A DNA stretch of 64,000 nt from Octopus sinensis (GCF_006345805.1 NC_043005.1:104594001-104658000), one strand, 5' to 3'; positions 12,751-27,751 are shown, counted from the stretch's first letter. The notes: generated by a model not told the origin, from the sequence alone. A program made the numbers and translations.

Positions 12751-13879
12751 ATCTATCTATATAATACACATACACACACATACATACACGCATTGCCAAC
12801 TGTGTTATACCTGCCAGGCGTAGGGGGTCTGCTAAGCCCAAAACATAATCATGCCCTTCATCAAGTAGGCTGAACCCAAACATCTCCTTACGTCTTTTTC
12901 TGTATTCCTCCGAATATCATTTAACTGACTTTATTGTAGCTATATTCCTTTCGTGTTGATTTTGGATTTTAGACATTCCTAGAAGGAGGCTTTGTCTGCT
13001 AATTACATGGATAATCTCGGTTAATTGATGTTTTATCAACATACTGTTACACACACAGGCATATACATATTGAAACTAATCTATGCGTATGAGTGCACAA
13101 TGACGCACACACATATACGCAAAAACTTGTTTCCATTTGAAATTCACATTCGCTCATACACTTCATCTCATGCGCACGTATGTGCTATATGTGCACTCAT
13201 ACACATGCATACACACATACACACGCGCACACTCATATACATATGTATTCATTTCAAAATTTCATACATGGAAAACCGTTTAAGGTAAAAGATTTAAAAG
13301 GAAGAAAAAGGACGAGTGTGCGTGTTTGTATATGTGTCCATCGGAAATGCTGTAGTCTTTGTAGTAAAACAATGGGACAGACTTGGTAGCGGTGTGAGGG
13401 AAGGGAATGACAGTGAATGAGATGCAAATGAGAAAATGGAGAAAGCTACACGTATTAATTTCTAGATGGAAGACCAAAGGCAAAGGAAGTGGGGCATAGG
13501 AAATTAAAAGGAAGTCAATAGATGGGTGTAAGGAGGTCGGGGCGATAGAGTAAGATTGAAAATTATCTAACGTAGTTTCTGATGCAGGTACGATAACGTT
13601 ATGAATGAATGTGTATGAGAAATCGGTTTGAGAGTACCGAATAAGTGCGAAGATAGGAGATAAAGGTGAAAATTTATTGTATCAGGTACTTTACTTCCAT
13701 ATTTCTTTTATATAAATGATGTTTGTACTAAAGAGAATTGATGTTTTAAAACAGCGTTGTTATAATGTTGACCAAGAGTTTAGTGATAGCCATACCACGT
13801 GAGGTCAGTGAGTCATTGATCTACATGTGCTTGAGTGAATGATGCTTGGTGCACTTAGGGATTTGTTGCAAACTGAAAA

Positions 13880-14050
13880 ATGAAAAAAATGGAAGAGCTA
13901 CGTGTTTGTGTGAAATTTTGTTTGGAATCAGTAAAAAGCCCAACCTTTATGGAAGCTTTTCTAATGTTACATAAAGGCTTCTGGAGAGGATTGCTTCGAG
14001 CCATAAGCATGAGTAGTTCCAGCGTTTCAAGTTTGGAAGATCATCGACCG
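13880..14050 (+). pseudogene. Mariner transposase N-terminal remnant
   Basis: MEELRVCVKFCL..TF.EAF.MLHK.F..LED resembles the mariner HTH start EQRxCIKFC..T.EML..AFG. Confidence 0.55.
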
Positions 14051-16084
14051 AAGACGATCAAACATCTGTGTTGGGGTTCCGCAGCAATGTACGACAATTA
14101 CATTATAATATATTCTTCGATGATACCTATATACATACAAACGGACATACATATACACACACATATAGCCATAGAAATGTAATCTAATAGACGTAAAAAT
14201 ACGTACAAATGGAAGTGTATACAAATCGCCAATTCTTGATACTCTTCTTTTTTATGTAGTTTCTAACGAAACAAAATGTACAACGAAGGAATACATCGTT
14301 TCTGAATGAAGTTAGTGTAGTACTTCTTTCTTGGAACACCTCACAACAGAATTAATGAGACAGATTTTTACAATTACAGATCTTAGGTGCAAAAATTAAC
14401 AATCCATGATAGTCAACGATCTTCACTGTTGTAGTCCAGAAAACGGGATTAAAGCTGATAAGCCAATTAAACGCTGAGAAGAATTTTCTGTGCTGTAAGA
14501 CCAAATCATGTCGAGATCAATTTTGTCTATCATCCTTTCAGCGTCGATTAAATAGTAACAATTCAGAGCGGTGGATTGACAGTGCTGTAAGAGTGTTGGG
14601 CTGGATGCCTTAGAGCGTTTATTCTGAGCCTGTGCGTTCTGAGTTCAAATAGCCCGTTTGGGGTGGTAGACTTAATCCGTCGCCGGGTTTAACATTTCGC
14701 ACTTTGGCTGACTTTCATGGTATCCACTCTCTGGCGAATATTTGGGCCATGCCTCCAATATAAGAAAACATGTCTCTCCTCCCACCACAAGTTTCGGTGG
14801 ATCTGCCCTCCTTCCTGACTATAAGATAAAAAATAAAATGACCTTCGAATGGCCATGCCTGCCACTCCTAGAAAATCAGTGCTGCTACAGCGATTTTTCT
14901 GATTTGGTTTCCAGTGTCTAGTTAGTGAAGCTGATGCCTGGAAACGTCCACTTGAGTGACTGCCACATGGTCACCTAGTGCACACGGTGCAATGATAACA
15001 AATGGGTATAAAACTATTAATTCTCCCATCCAGTTTATTCGAAGAAGGATCAGAAAATATTCATTTTTAAAAAATATATAGAAGAAATCTTGACCTGAAT
15101 GGGTGTTATTTAGTCAAAGAAATAGCAGTCTCTTTGCATCACGTGACCATTCAGCTGAGCATCTCCTACTCATATAACCTCCCACGACACTTCCCTTCAT
15201 TAAGGGAAACTTTAATATAAAAAAAAATCAACTACAATAAACAACAAAGCAAGCAGAAATTCCATTTCAATTATTCACAATGATTGTTTATTTTATTTTA
15301 AAATTTATTTTAAATCATATTTTTTTTTATTCTTTAAATTTCATTAAAAATAGTTTGTGTATTTTACATATATTTTAAAAATTTATTTTTGATTTTTCAA
15401 AAAAAAAAAAAAATTAAATCAATCTTTTATTAAAACACATGACACCAAGTTTCCTTTTCAGTGGAATTAGTAATAACACTAAATATGAAATCGATAAATG
15501 ACTAACAAGATAAATAAAGCCAGGACGCTATTCATTTAAAAACAAACAACGACAACAACAACAATAACATCAACCAACCTAATCAGCAAGCATAAAATAA
15601 CAACAAAAAAACAACAGCAAAGAACCACAAAAACCAACTACCACCACTACATATTCTATACCATTACTACCACCACCATACCGCCGCTACTAGCATTACC
15701 ACATCACTACTACCACTTCATCCCTATCTCCACCTTTAACAGCACCACAACTACGACTACAACAATAACGCTGCGAAAATGTATCTACTATCAAGGCAGT
15801 ATCTACCATCATTCTCACAACATTATTCCAATCACCACAATCACAGCACACAAAATAAACTCACAATCGACCGTTATTTTGATTACTATCATAGCAACAA
15901 AAGACAGGGAATTTGTAACGACTCAACAATATCAACGACGTCTATATCTATCGCCCTCACGATCACTACGGTATAACCACTGCCACCGTCACGACTTATT
16001 ACGTCATCATAAGAACAACAACAGAAATAAAACCATAAGAAGAATATCATAACAATGACATAGAAACAATCATTTCTTTTATAG

Positions 16085-16341
16085 ACACCAGGCCTGAAGT
16101 TCTTGGCAAGGGAGCTAATCGATTACAGCAAAACCGAAAAAAGTCGACCTCGGCGGAATTTGAACTCAGAACGGAAAGATAGGCAAACTGTCTTTAAACA
16201 TTTTCTCCTTGGTACTAACAAAAAACAAAGCAAAACCGAAAAAAAGACGACCTCGGCGGAATTTGAACTCAGAACGTAAAGACAGGCAAACTGTCTTTAA
16301 ACATTTTCTCCTGCGTACTAACGATTCTGCTAACTCACTGC
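16085..16341 (-). mobile_element. SINE family A with internal ~102-bp tandem duplication
   Basis: agcaaaaccgaaaa..cctcggcggaatttgaactcagaac..ttttctcct occurs at both 16127 and 16229. Confidence 0.8.
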
Positions 16342-16372
16342 ATTAGAATGAGGTGGCAATAATGATTTTAAA

Positions 16373-16518
16373 TTTTAGCACAAGGCTTGAATGATACTTA
16401 TTTTATCAACCCCGAAGGATGAAAGACAAAGTGCACCTGAGCGGAATTTGAACTCAGAACGTAAAGATACCCGAAATACCGACAAGCATTTTGCCCGGTG
16501 TGCTATCGATTGTGCCCG
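16373..16518 (-). mobile_element. SINE family A, deleted copy
   Basis: ccccgaaggatgaaag..gcggaatttgaactcagaacgt. Confidence 0.75.
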
Positions 16519-16659
16519 GTCACCGTCTTAAGTGCGATAGTGATGATAATATCAATAATAAGATGGGAATGATACCTCAGTAATAATATCGCAATGATAA
16601 TCTTTGGGATGATGATATAACAAACAAAAACAGCAAAGACACTATCCATCGCCAACGAG

Positions 16660-16815
16660 GGAGCGTTTATATGGTTACTGGATTTGCAAAAAGTAGTAAC
16701 CAAGTCTCTCATAACCTACACTGTACCTTCATAGAAAAGGACACACGAGATAATGTAATCCTACAGTGCCTTTGATCACAGATCAGTTCAATCAGGCCTG
16801 AGCTGAGGTTAAACA
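16660..16815 (+). mobile_element. Old dispersed repeat family E (SINE-like)
   Basis: Similar to 23575-23730, 35640-35720 and the host sequences at 17960-18590 and 61060-61440. Confidence 0.45.
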
Positions 16816-16934
16816 ACTAAACATTAAGAGATCCATCGAGAGAGCTTCTGCGCTCCATTTATTAGAAATAGAAGTCAAATATAGCTCAAATAAAAGCCTG
16901 TCTACTTGGACAGTGCAGAAAAAAGGGAGATCTT

Positions 16935-16979
<45 letters not shown>

Positions 16980-17477
16980 GCAACATTTTGGCAATATTTC
17001 AGTTCTACAATTAGTGGTAAACGAAAAGGTTCAACTTACACAGAGGGATCAGTTTACATCGTTAGTTAGTCAATACAGAAATTAGTGCCGTATATTTCCA
17101 GAAGCGGTACACTGTCAGCCTGTGACAGGACATTTAGCTAACGTCTCTTTATGTATGACTTCTGAGAAGAATATATTGTGGAGTACGAAATTCTTTCGAT
17201 ACCACCCACCAGACTTCTGTTGATTGCTTGTCTTCAACAATATTCAAACATTTCCTTAAATTCTTGTCTCTCTTCGATGTATTCTTCTCTTATAGGCTCC
17301 GTTTTCGCATTCTCAGTTTAAATCGTGAGTAGCTGGACATGGCCTCTTCTTTTCATCTCCTCCAGATCGATGTCAAATAGCACTTGCAATGAACCAGAGT
17401 AAATATATTAGAATACTCCCAGATTCAAATGTGTATCTCCTGATTCAATGAAGTATGCCCTAATTCAATAGAGTATA

Positions 17478-17793
<316 letters not shown>

Positions 17794-18007
17794 ATAGATA
17801 TATGCTATCTCGCTACAATACTTATACTATGTTACACAAGCAAATATAAAGTTGTTAGTTTCTATCTGACATCAATCTTTATTAGATAAAACTTCTGATA
17901 ACAACAACAACAACAATATCTCTACCGCAGCAAGTTACTATCATGACCGCGAACCAGCGATGCAGTATTTTGACAGACTAGAAATAGTGGGTAGTCAAAA
18001 GCCTACA

Positions 18008-18239
18008 AGGCGGCGAGCTGGCAGTCGTTAGCACGTGGGCGAAATGCTCAGCGGTAATTCGTCTGCCGCTACGTTCTGAGTTCAAATTCCGCCGAGGTCG
18101 ACTTTGCCTTTCATCCCTTCGGGGTCGATAAATTAAGTACCAGTTACGCACTGGGGTCCATGTAATCGACTTAATACCTTTGTCTGTCCTTGTTTGTCCT
18201 CTCTGTGTTTAGCCCCTTGTGTGGGTAGTAAAGAAATAA
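18008..18239 (+). mobile_element. Full-length SINE family A (A2 tail)
   Basis: Complete head, core and tail (ccccttgtgtgggtagtaaagaaata). 17-bp TSD gta[g/a]tcaaaagcctaca at 17991-18007 and 18240-18256. Confidence 0.9.
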
Positions 18240-18303
18240 GTAATCAAAAGCCTACATCTTAAAAAAAAAAAGAAAAAAATCATTCTATCAATATAATACA
18301 GTT

Positions 18304-18487
18304 AAGGCGACGACCTGGCAGAATTGTTAGCGTGTCAGAAAAATACTTAGTGAGATTTCTTCCGGTCCTTCACGTTCTGAGTTCAAATTCCGCCGTGGTC
18401 AACTTTGCTTTTCATCCTTTCGTGGTTAATGTAATCGACTAGTTCCCTCCTCTCAAATTGCTGGCCTTGTGCCAAAATTTGAAGCAT
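18304..18487 (+). mobile_element. SINE family A (A1 tail)
   Basis: aaggcgacgacctggcagaa head through ggccttgtgccaaaatttgaa. Confidence 0.85.
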
Positions 18488-19476
18488 TGAATATAATTTT
18501 AGAATCCCTAAAAAAAAAAAGATGAGTTGATCATGGATGGATTGCTTTTGAAGATAAATCTGCTCAAATCAGGTTTGCTCTTCAGCTAATCTCTTATCAT
18601 ATCCTTGCACTACTACTGTTACTGCTGTAATTATTCTTAATGACAATAACTACGAGAACAACAACAACTAATATAAAACCAGCATCAACCTTCTACCTGA
18701 ACAAAACAAATACACTTCCTCCTCCTCCTACTCCTCCTCCTACTACTACTACTAGTATTACTACTACTGCCCCACATATATCTACTACCACTACCATAAA
18801 CACTGACTCCACATCCACTCTCAACACCGCAAAAACCTCCATGCTGGTATCGCATGCACCATCACAGACAGTAATGGTAATAGCACACAACAACAACAGA
18901 CCATTGTGAGTGTTTATTGAAAAAAAGCACCTAAGCTCCACGAGGCTCTGGTGGGGGTGGTGAACCCCGCTGTACTTTTTCACCACAACTTTCTCTCACT
19001 CTTTCTTCCTACTTCTGCCACAAAGCAGAGGCACCATGGTGTAACCCACTATGGTGCGGTGAACTCTCAGACCCTAGTCTAGATTGCAAATCCTCTGTAC
19101 CCCAGGATGGTTCAGCTCTCCACCCGTTAAAAGCCACCGTTTACGGAATGAGGATAACAGCGTAGCTTTCGCGTCCGTACAACTGCCAGTCTATCGCGTG
19201 TGGTGGGTGGATCTTCAAGCTGCCACACGCATTCTTAGTAGATTAGAGTAGGCTCGAATTAGAGATTATTCTTTGTGGCTAATGGCGTGAGTCCTGACCG
19301 GGAGAAGAAGAAGAAAAATAACAGAGTAATAAATATAACAAACACCATGGCCATCACTTATACTTCTACAATATCACTATCACCTCATACGCGAAAACAA
19401 TACTACTACAAAACCTACAACATTATATACAATGCTACAATGCTACCAAAACCACCTCCGGACCACCACTAGTATA

Positions 19477-19711
19477 TACCTATTTCTTTACTACCCACAA
19501 GGGGCTAAACAAAGAGGACAAACAAGGACAGACAAATGGATTAAGTCGATTACATCGACCCTAGTGCGTAACTGGTACTTAATTTATCGACCCCGAAAGG
19601 ATGAAAGGCAAAGTCGACCTCGGCGGAATTTGAACTCAGAACGTAGCGGCAGACGAAATACGGTCACGCATTTCGCCCGGCGTGCTAACGGTTCTGCCAG
19701 CTCGCCGCCTT
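19477..19711 (-). mobile_element. Full-length SINE family A (A2 tail)
   Basis: 13-bp TSD caccactagtata at 19464-19476 and 19712-19724. Confidence 0.9.
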
Positions 19712-20299
19712 CACCACTAGTATACACCGCTGCTATACAATCACCTGTACATTCACCACTATTACAACCACCACATACACCATAACTATATAACAACTAG
19801 CACCGAAACTACCACATATATGATGCCATTACAACACTACCACAATAACCCTGACATCGCCACGAGTACAAACAACGCCAGCGTAAACAATAACAATGGT
19901 AGCACACTTACAACAACAACAACAACAACAGCAACAACAACAAACTGATAAATATAACAAACAAGACAAGTCTGAAACAGATTGAGTTTCATCATAAGAG
20001 TTTCTCTAATAATTATCAGTTTTTCCTTTGAATCAATGACACAGTTTTATTTGTTTGTTTGTTTGTTTCCTTATTTATTCATTTGTTTGTTCACCCATTC
20101 ATTCTTTACTTGCGCTTACTGCCCCCCCACCTCCATCATCTTCCCTTGTACACCATCACCGCCACCCCCTTCACACAACACCCACCCTGCCGCTACAAAT
20201 CAATAACTTCTTCACTGTTCAATAGAGTCACGTAGAAAACATTAGATTCTCCAACCAAAGTTGTCACCATAAATCAAGTTTAGTTTATTCAAGTGACAT

Positions 20300-20454
20300 A
20301 GTAGAAGCAGCAGCAGCAGTAGCAGCAGCAACAACAACAACGACAACCAGAACATTAGTAGTAATGGTTGTAGTAGGGTTGATGATTGTATTAGTAGTAA
20401 TATCAGTAATGGTCGTAGTGACAGTAGTAGTAGTAGTAGTAGTTGTAGTAGCAA

Positions 20455-20502
<48 letters not shown>

Positions 20503-20568
20503 CAATAGTAGTAGCAATAGTAGTAATAGTAGTAGTTGTTGTTGTTGTAAAGGTGGTGATGGCAGTGA

Positions 20569-20612
<44 letters not shown>

Positions 20613-20620
20613 ATAACAGC
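20300..20620. repeat. (TAG)n/(CAG)n/(CAA)n trinucleotide array
   Basis: Directly visible. It explains the poly-V, poly-L and poly-T ORFs. Confidence 0.95.
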
Positions 20621-21078
20621 ATTAATGTTGGTGGTGGTAGTTATGACTAGTAGCAGAAGTTGTAAGTTTGGCAGTTGCGTTTGTGAATGTGGGGTGGGGG
20701 TGGGATGTTTATTTCCCGATTTGTCGTTTTGATCATGGTCATCTAACCAGACATTTGTAACGACCATTCTAAAGCATGGTCCAGCGGTTAAGACCTTCGC
20801 TTCGCAACGACGTAATTTTTGGTTCGATTCTACACCTTAGCATTCTGAGCAACTGTCTTCTGTAGACTCGAGATAAGTCTTACGAGTGAGGATAACTTCC
20901 TCCTTATCTTCCACCAACCTCGGAAACTCAGAAGAAGGACATAGGTGCTGCTTTGCTTTTTTATATTTTCATCTCCAGCTAAATCTTAAAAACAAAAATA
21001 TCAAAATTATCAAAAATATTTATCGAGTTGTTTCTGCATACAAAGAACGCTAATAGTTCCAGCAAACTAAAGAATTAA

Positions 21079-21249
21079 ATTCTGTTGTGTTTGGGGGGAG
21101 TCATTGTCTTTTTGTGCCTTATAATGTAACACACTCACCGGTAAAATTTCCACTTTTTTTCTTATTTTTATTTTCCTAAAATTTTACCGGTGAGTGTGTT
21201 ACATTATAAGGCACAAAAAGAAAATGACTCTCCCCAGACACAACAGAAT
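21079..21249. repeat. Inverted repeat with 71-bp arms (3 mismatches) and 29-nt spacer
   Basis: 21079-21149 versus 21179-21249. Confidence 0.9.
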
Positions 21250-22484
21250 ATGTTTCAACACACGAAATCATATAAAGAATCTTGCAAACCAAATCCAAAA
21301 ACGAAATAAAGAATTAAATAACTATCAAAAACTGTTTAGAGAGATATTTCAAATGAACCATTTAGTTAACATTTTCCGTTCATCTAAGCGAAATTTTCTG
21401 ATCATCTAGGTGACTATTTCTAGCCTAGTCAAGCAAACAATCTTTAACAATACCTGTCCCAGCAACCTTCTTCAAACAATAAACTAACCATCCATATCAG
21501 AAACAACAATTTCTTATAAAAAACATTTACCATTTCTCTTCATTTCATCATAATTATTTCTGCTAGCAAATTATCTCGATAATGATTTCAATGGTTATTT
21601 CTGTCTCAAACTTTTAATCATTCTTTACTAACCAACCACCATTCACATTAATTAAGCGCATTGAAAACCACCACGATATATTTAACCATGAAGCAATCTA
21701 AGTAACCATTAAATCTAACCATCCAGTTAGCTATCGAATATAACCATTCAGTTAACCATGAAATAACCATTAATCTAACTAACGAAACCGATCATTCTGC
21801 GCCCATGTTCCTTATAAAGCTGAAAGTACCGATTATTATTTTGGTAGCACAAAACTACAAGCGCACCCACCTCCACGTGTATGCGTGCAGATACATATTT
21901 ACTCAAACATGCTCTTGCGTAAGTCATCTTACGACTTCCACAAACAACTTCCGCATACGCTCTGCTCTCAGTTCTTCATTATGAGAACCACTACCGTGCC
22001 GAGCTTCATTTGTTCCGTATTTACATTAGCGATACATTAATTACCAGTAAATGACAGTGATTTACCAGAATCAAAATAATTTAATCAATTAAACCCTTCC
22101 TCATAAACATTAATTTTCATTGTCAATACCAAATCATTTATTTATTTGCCGTTTAGAGGAACAGGCTACAGATGTAACGAGATTATTTACTGTTGGGTGA
22201 AAAAAATACTTGGTTTAATATGTAAGTTTTCCAGGAATAACCTCCAGAAAGGAATTTTAGATTCCGTATGAAAGATTAGTAGTTGATCCTGGTTTTTCGA
22301 ACGACAATGATCCATAAAGCTTCCTTTGGATAACTTGAAGGACTATTGAAAGTAAACTTTAAAATCTCACGAATCCTCTTTAATACACTAAACTAATTAG
22401 TAAAAGTCTTATTTAATAATTTTAAAAATTAGGGGATCCTCTTGAGAAAGGAAAAGGGGAAATGCTTCAAATTCAAACCCTGGG

Positions 22485-22900
22485 TGAAAGTTGTCTCATC
22501 ACCACTAATAAAGGTTTTCAAGAAGTATGGATCGTGGTTTGCACAGTCTAGTATGTCGTGAGCCATTTCCATGCGGAGTTGCTTCTGCTGATTCCCCAGC
22601 ATCGTTAAAATCGAATGCGAGCAATTTCCTGGATTGTTGGTCTTCTGTGACTATTCACTGAACATTCTCAACCGACTCCTCGTTTCAGCTTGTGGATATC
22701 CTGTCTGAATGTGCCTCGTTCTCCACTTGGGTACGGCCTAGCTTGAAGCGGTTATAAGACTTTTTGGTCAGAGTTTTTCCCAAGGCATCATCGCCAAAGG
22801 CCTGCTGAATCCTGTGGATAATTTGAGTTTGAGTATCACCAATCTTTTGGCAAAACTTGATGCAAAATCTCTGCTTGATGCGTTCGGTGAAAACGAAAAT
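22485..22900 (-). pseudogene. Mariner (DD34D-type) transposase remnant
   Basis: KQRFCIKFCQKIGDT..QQAFGDDAL..RFKLGRTQVENE, and in another frame QQKQLRMEMAHDILDC..DPYFLKTFISGDET. Confidence 0.85.
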
Positions 22901-23110
22901 CCGAACTCTTTGAAAGCACCTCTTATAGGTATTTAATTTTGTGTTTGGTAGCGCAAACTTGCTGCTGGTGATCACCATAATATATAATTGTCTAATAACA
23001 AGCTTACCAAATAAGTTATTTGATTCAGTGTCCTTCATATATCAAAATCAACTACAAACCATCATCACAACCGCCACCACCAGCACCACCATCATCATCA
23101 CCGTTGCCTC

Positions 23111-23315
<205 letters not shown>

Positions 23316-24454
23316 AAAGATCTGGAAATAGCGATAACTCGAATGTGAATCCTAAAAACAGAAACAATTCCTATCATAGTAGACGCATTAGGTATGATAA
23401 AAAGGCATTCAGAGAAATACATACCAAAAACGTCATCGACGTCGTCGTCATCCTATCATCATCATCGTCGTCGTCGTCATCATCATCATCGTCGTCGTCG
23501 TCATCGACATCTTAGTCGTCGTACTCCTCTCTTTATTCATCATCATCGTCGAAAACAACAGCGTGAGTAATGAGTCAACGAGTCGCTAGAAATAGCAACT
23601 AAATCCCCTTCGGAGTACGCCCTACGGTCTTAAAAGCAATTGCTCGATGTAGAGATGGAATGACTACAGCGCGATCATCTTTGAGTAATGGTCTGCTCAA
23701 TCGTGCCTGACCTCGGACTAGACAATGACTTGAGCGATGGTGGCAGCGCAACCATCAGCAACATCCCCTACTAAAGACTTCACCACTACCACCATCACTC
23801 AACGACAACGATCACCCCCGCGACCTTCTCCACCACCCAACCGCTACCACCACCTCCCAACTACCACCACTCAACCACCACCACTAGCACAACAACAAGA
23901 ACAATGAAACATGCCATAGAATGAGATATGTATGTTAGTGTTAATTTGCGTGGACTTTTATTAAATTTTACGTCGAAACAAAAGAAAAAACCAAATAAAT
24001 ACAAAAGAAAGACAAACCGAAAAAGAAATATTGAGCGCCGCCATTGTTATCTGAATTAGCTTCCAGCTGAAATCGATCCTGAGAAAAGCAGGGAATAAAT
24101 TTAAATCTCCCACCAACACTTACCACAACAATATAGAAAATAGAAAAAAAGGGAAGAAAAAGAAAAAGAAAGAAATTAGAAATGAAATAGAAAAAAGATG
24201 AAGCAAAATAACGATGAAAAAGAACAGAAAATCAAATAATATATAACTGCAAATCAAAAAGAAGGAAACATACCACATATAGAAAGATTCGTTCGTACGT
24301 ACACATACGTATGGGAGGATATACATACACGGCACGTACGTACATTTACGATTAACTTACTTGCTGTAATCCGAGTTTGAAATGTTAATTTACTAAGATA
24401 AATTCTTAGCTAACTTGTTATAATGTTTTGTCGGTAAGTATGTGCCTGCATGTG

Positions 24455-24497
<43 letters not shown>

Positions 24498-24756
24498 TGT
24501 GTGCGTGTGTGTGTGTGTGTGCGTGCGTAAGTGTGTACGTGTGTGTGTGCCCATACGCGCGCCTGTGTGTGTGCCCATACGCGCGCCTGTGTGTGTGCGT
24601 ACATATTTATATGCATGTGTATCTGCGAGTATGTGTTTAGTTGGTTAGCTGGTGCCATGTATACTGTGAAAATTCTCAAGTCTCAATTGAATAAATAATT
24701 GAATGCTTATCTATCTATTTGCATAAACAACAATAGCAAATACAATAATAATAATA

Positions 24757-24833
<77 letters not shown>

Positions 24834-25224
24834 AAGAAGAAAACAAAAGCAATATTGTAGAGGGCGCTCTTTGTTTTGGTTTCCAAATAAGACAACGCAT
24901 TAACTTATTTGTTTTCTTCAATTCAAGCAAAACGCGAGGACTTCTGCTACATCTAGTTAAAGTCATACAGAATCAGCATGAGGATAACATTTGCAAAATA
25001 TTATTTACAAGTCCTGAAACATGGTGCTTTCATAAGTAGCAATCCTACTGCTCATTTCGTATCACCGGAAAAAAGAAACATCTCAACTTCATCTGTTTTA
25101 TAAACTGCATACTCCCAAGTTCGAATACCCCTGCTCTGACCCAACGAGGCAAATAGTTTTTATTATATTTTCCAAATTACGGATGAAAAGTAAAAGCCTC
25201 TACCTTCCTCAAAGTCTTCATTCC

Positions 25225-25312
25225 TCACCTCTTGCTCCAGGGATTTACCTCAATCTAGGAACCATGTGGTTGGGAAGCAAGCTTTTTACCACACAGCCAC
25301 CCCTGCGCCTCC
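25225..25312 (-). mobile_element. SINE family B head fragment
   Basis: ggaaccatgtggttgggaagcaagctttttaccacacagcc. Confidence 0.65.
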
Positions 25313-26481
25313 ACACAGCCACACCGAACGATTTTTCATGGTGCCAGAACTACAGGAAATCGGCTGTCATATGTTATGCATCAATATTGTTTCTTTGAAC
25401 CTTAACAAGACCTCCGCTTGTGTTTAGTAAATATGTTACCCAGAAGCCCAGATTACTCGCCATCCATTTTTCACCCTTTGGATTATGATTTCTCATGTAG
25501 ATCCTTTTGTCGTAGTGTGCATCAATGGGGTTCTGCCCGTTCAACATCCTATGAACTGTAGAAAACTTCAGGGTTTGTTTATATACCCCACATTCTGCAT
25601 GAATGACTGTCTTACTGTCACATATAACAACATACTCACATGGTGCCTCTCTTCATTTTTAATTAAGTTCCCTCACATAAGCACGATCCAATAATTAAAC
25701 TAGGCTCTCTCCTCTCCAATTTTGTTCAATCTCCATCAACAAAGACCTTGAAAAGCAATCTCTAATGAGGTCATGACTTAATTGTCTCCTTTAATAATAT
25801 GATAAAAAAAAAGCATGCTTATGGAAGAATGAGTTTTGACCCTCATCTCTGTGAAGAACTAACCAAAACACAATTTCGCAGCAAGTTGTAGGTCTCTGAT
25901 GATTTTCATGCCAAACACTAAATTCTTTACACGGACAGGAAATACCACGGTCCTTATCATTTCCTAACACTCCGCAAATGAACTATTTAGCTAACTATTC
26001 CTGTCTCTTGTACAGCATTGCTGCTAAAATATTAGGGAACTAAGATTAGATTCGAAAAGCAACCATCCATTGATTGATAACTGTTAATTAACTTAGAGCA
26101 TCAGAATAAGTTGTGCTGCTCTTGCTCTCTCATCCACTACTACAATACTAACTTCCTTTAACAGACTATTTTCCACACAGGTATCAACTTATAGGAGTTC
26201 TAACCTGAATGCCAACAGTATCTTTTGTGTGGGAGGATAAGTAAAGGTCTTTCGAATTTATGATAAAACATGCGTGTATACATGCCCCCTCCCACCACAC
26301 AGAATCGGTCCTGTCCTTGTCCTCAGCGCCATAATTATTTCCTTAGCTCTCAAACCATAGTTCAAACAAATCCCAAATCTTGGGTCAACGTGACTGACAA
26401 TTCAATTTCATCCTGATATAGAAGGCATTCAAACTCCGCATTGCACTGTACATAGTCAATGCACTGTGCATAGTCTATATG

Positions 26482-26506
26482 TTTTGCGTTCTTGTCCCAT
26501 TTTCTA

Positions 26507-26537
<31 letters not shown>

Positions 26538-27232
26538 GCGACGTACGTACACTTTGGTCTCTTATATTCTTATATGTAGGTATATATATTTATCTAAATC
26601 TTTGTTCGCCTCTGTTCTTACTTTCTATCATCCCTTTCACGCTTATTCGTTCATTCCCTGTGTCCCTGTCATTTTTTCTCTCCCCTCCTTAATTCTTCTG
26701 TCCCTCTGCCTCTACCTCTCTCTTCTCTCCCCAAGTGACCGGTGTTCGGCCAAGCTTGATCTTTCTTTCTTGGTTCGGCCGTTGTCCGTGCAACATCGTT
26801 ATTCGTCTCTGTGCCTGTGAAATATTGTATTCCTGCCGTAAGGCTTTATTTCCACACACACCAGCTTAATTCAATTCGTCCTTAGTCGAAAGACACCTGT
26901 TATTATGTCCTGCTTTTATTATTTTTATTATTTCTATTGTATTTGTGTAACATTGTCCGTTTTTCCCGTCCTTGTTTTTGTATACATTCGCTGCTTTCTT
27001 CCAAGGAATCTAATGCTCTTAGCTTAGTTTTTCTTTGGGGCTGGCCAGATTGGAGCAATCTCGAGTGTAACCAGCCGAAATTGCAAAGATAATCTGGAAC
27101 TCGACTGAGGATAGAAAACTCCGAATGACCCATCCTTGTTTTCTTTGTATCGTCTATCTGGATGTTTTGTTGTCCCTTTTATGTTTCACCTAACTGTCTG
27201 GATGATTTGCATCCTTGTCCCATTTTGTATTT
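26482..27232 (+). mobile_element. Family P5-related element, copy C (diverged subfamily)
   Basis: Partial 3'-end copy at its 5' end (gttttgcgttcttgtcccatttt), (TA)n, gcgacgtacgtacac, polypyrimidine interior, conserved P5 body, doubled 3' tail. Confidence 0.7.
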
Positions 27233-27413
27233 TATGTATATATATATATTTACATATATATGTGTATGTGAGTATATGTCTGTCTGTGTGTCTATCTATC
27301 TATCTATATATATATATGTTTGTGTATACATGTATTTATGTATGTATGTGCGTGCATTTTTTAATGGAATGCGTACTATAATCTCAGTGAGTTGCTCGAC
27401 AGAGATTTTATGC

Positions 27414-27751
27414 CAAGCATGGGCAACCTTATTACTAACAGCAAAGATTATGAAATATTATTTATCATAAAATTGGGCCACACAACAAAAAGAAGAGTGC
27501 AACAAGCATTGTATGTTGAGCATTTTCATTGGTTGATAATTGGGGAATCTTCTAACTCCACCAAACCTTGATCAAGAGAAAGCGCCAGTGAAATTGAGAA
27601 TCAAATTGAAATGGAGAGACACAAAGGCAGACATCACAATTATGATAGAAAAATGTTATTATATAATATTATGACGACACTAGGTGTGCCATACAAAAGA
27701 CATAATGGGCAACGTGCAGTTCGAGTGCCGCATTTATTTTGCCCATCCTTT
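27414..27751. mobile_element. Possible hAT-type MITE
   Basis: Termini caagcatgggcaa and ttgcccatcctt(t) (11/13 inverted match) resemble hAT CAGGGxTGGGCAA ends. No clear 8-bp TSD. Confidence 0.5.

Noticed and set aside
19020-19320. GC-rich segment ending in (GAA)n, possible RTE 3' end
   Set aside because: No convincing peptide motif and no second copy in the window.
25400-26000. Possible degraded RTE-type LINE on the minus strand
   Set aside because: Motifs are too eroded to support by eye.
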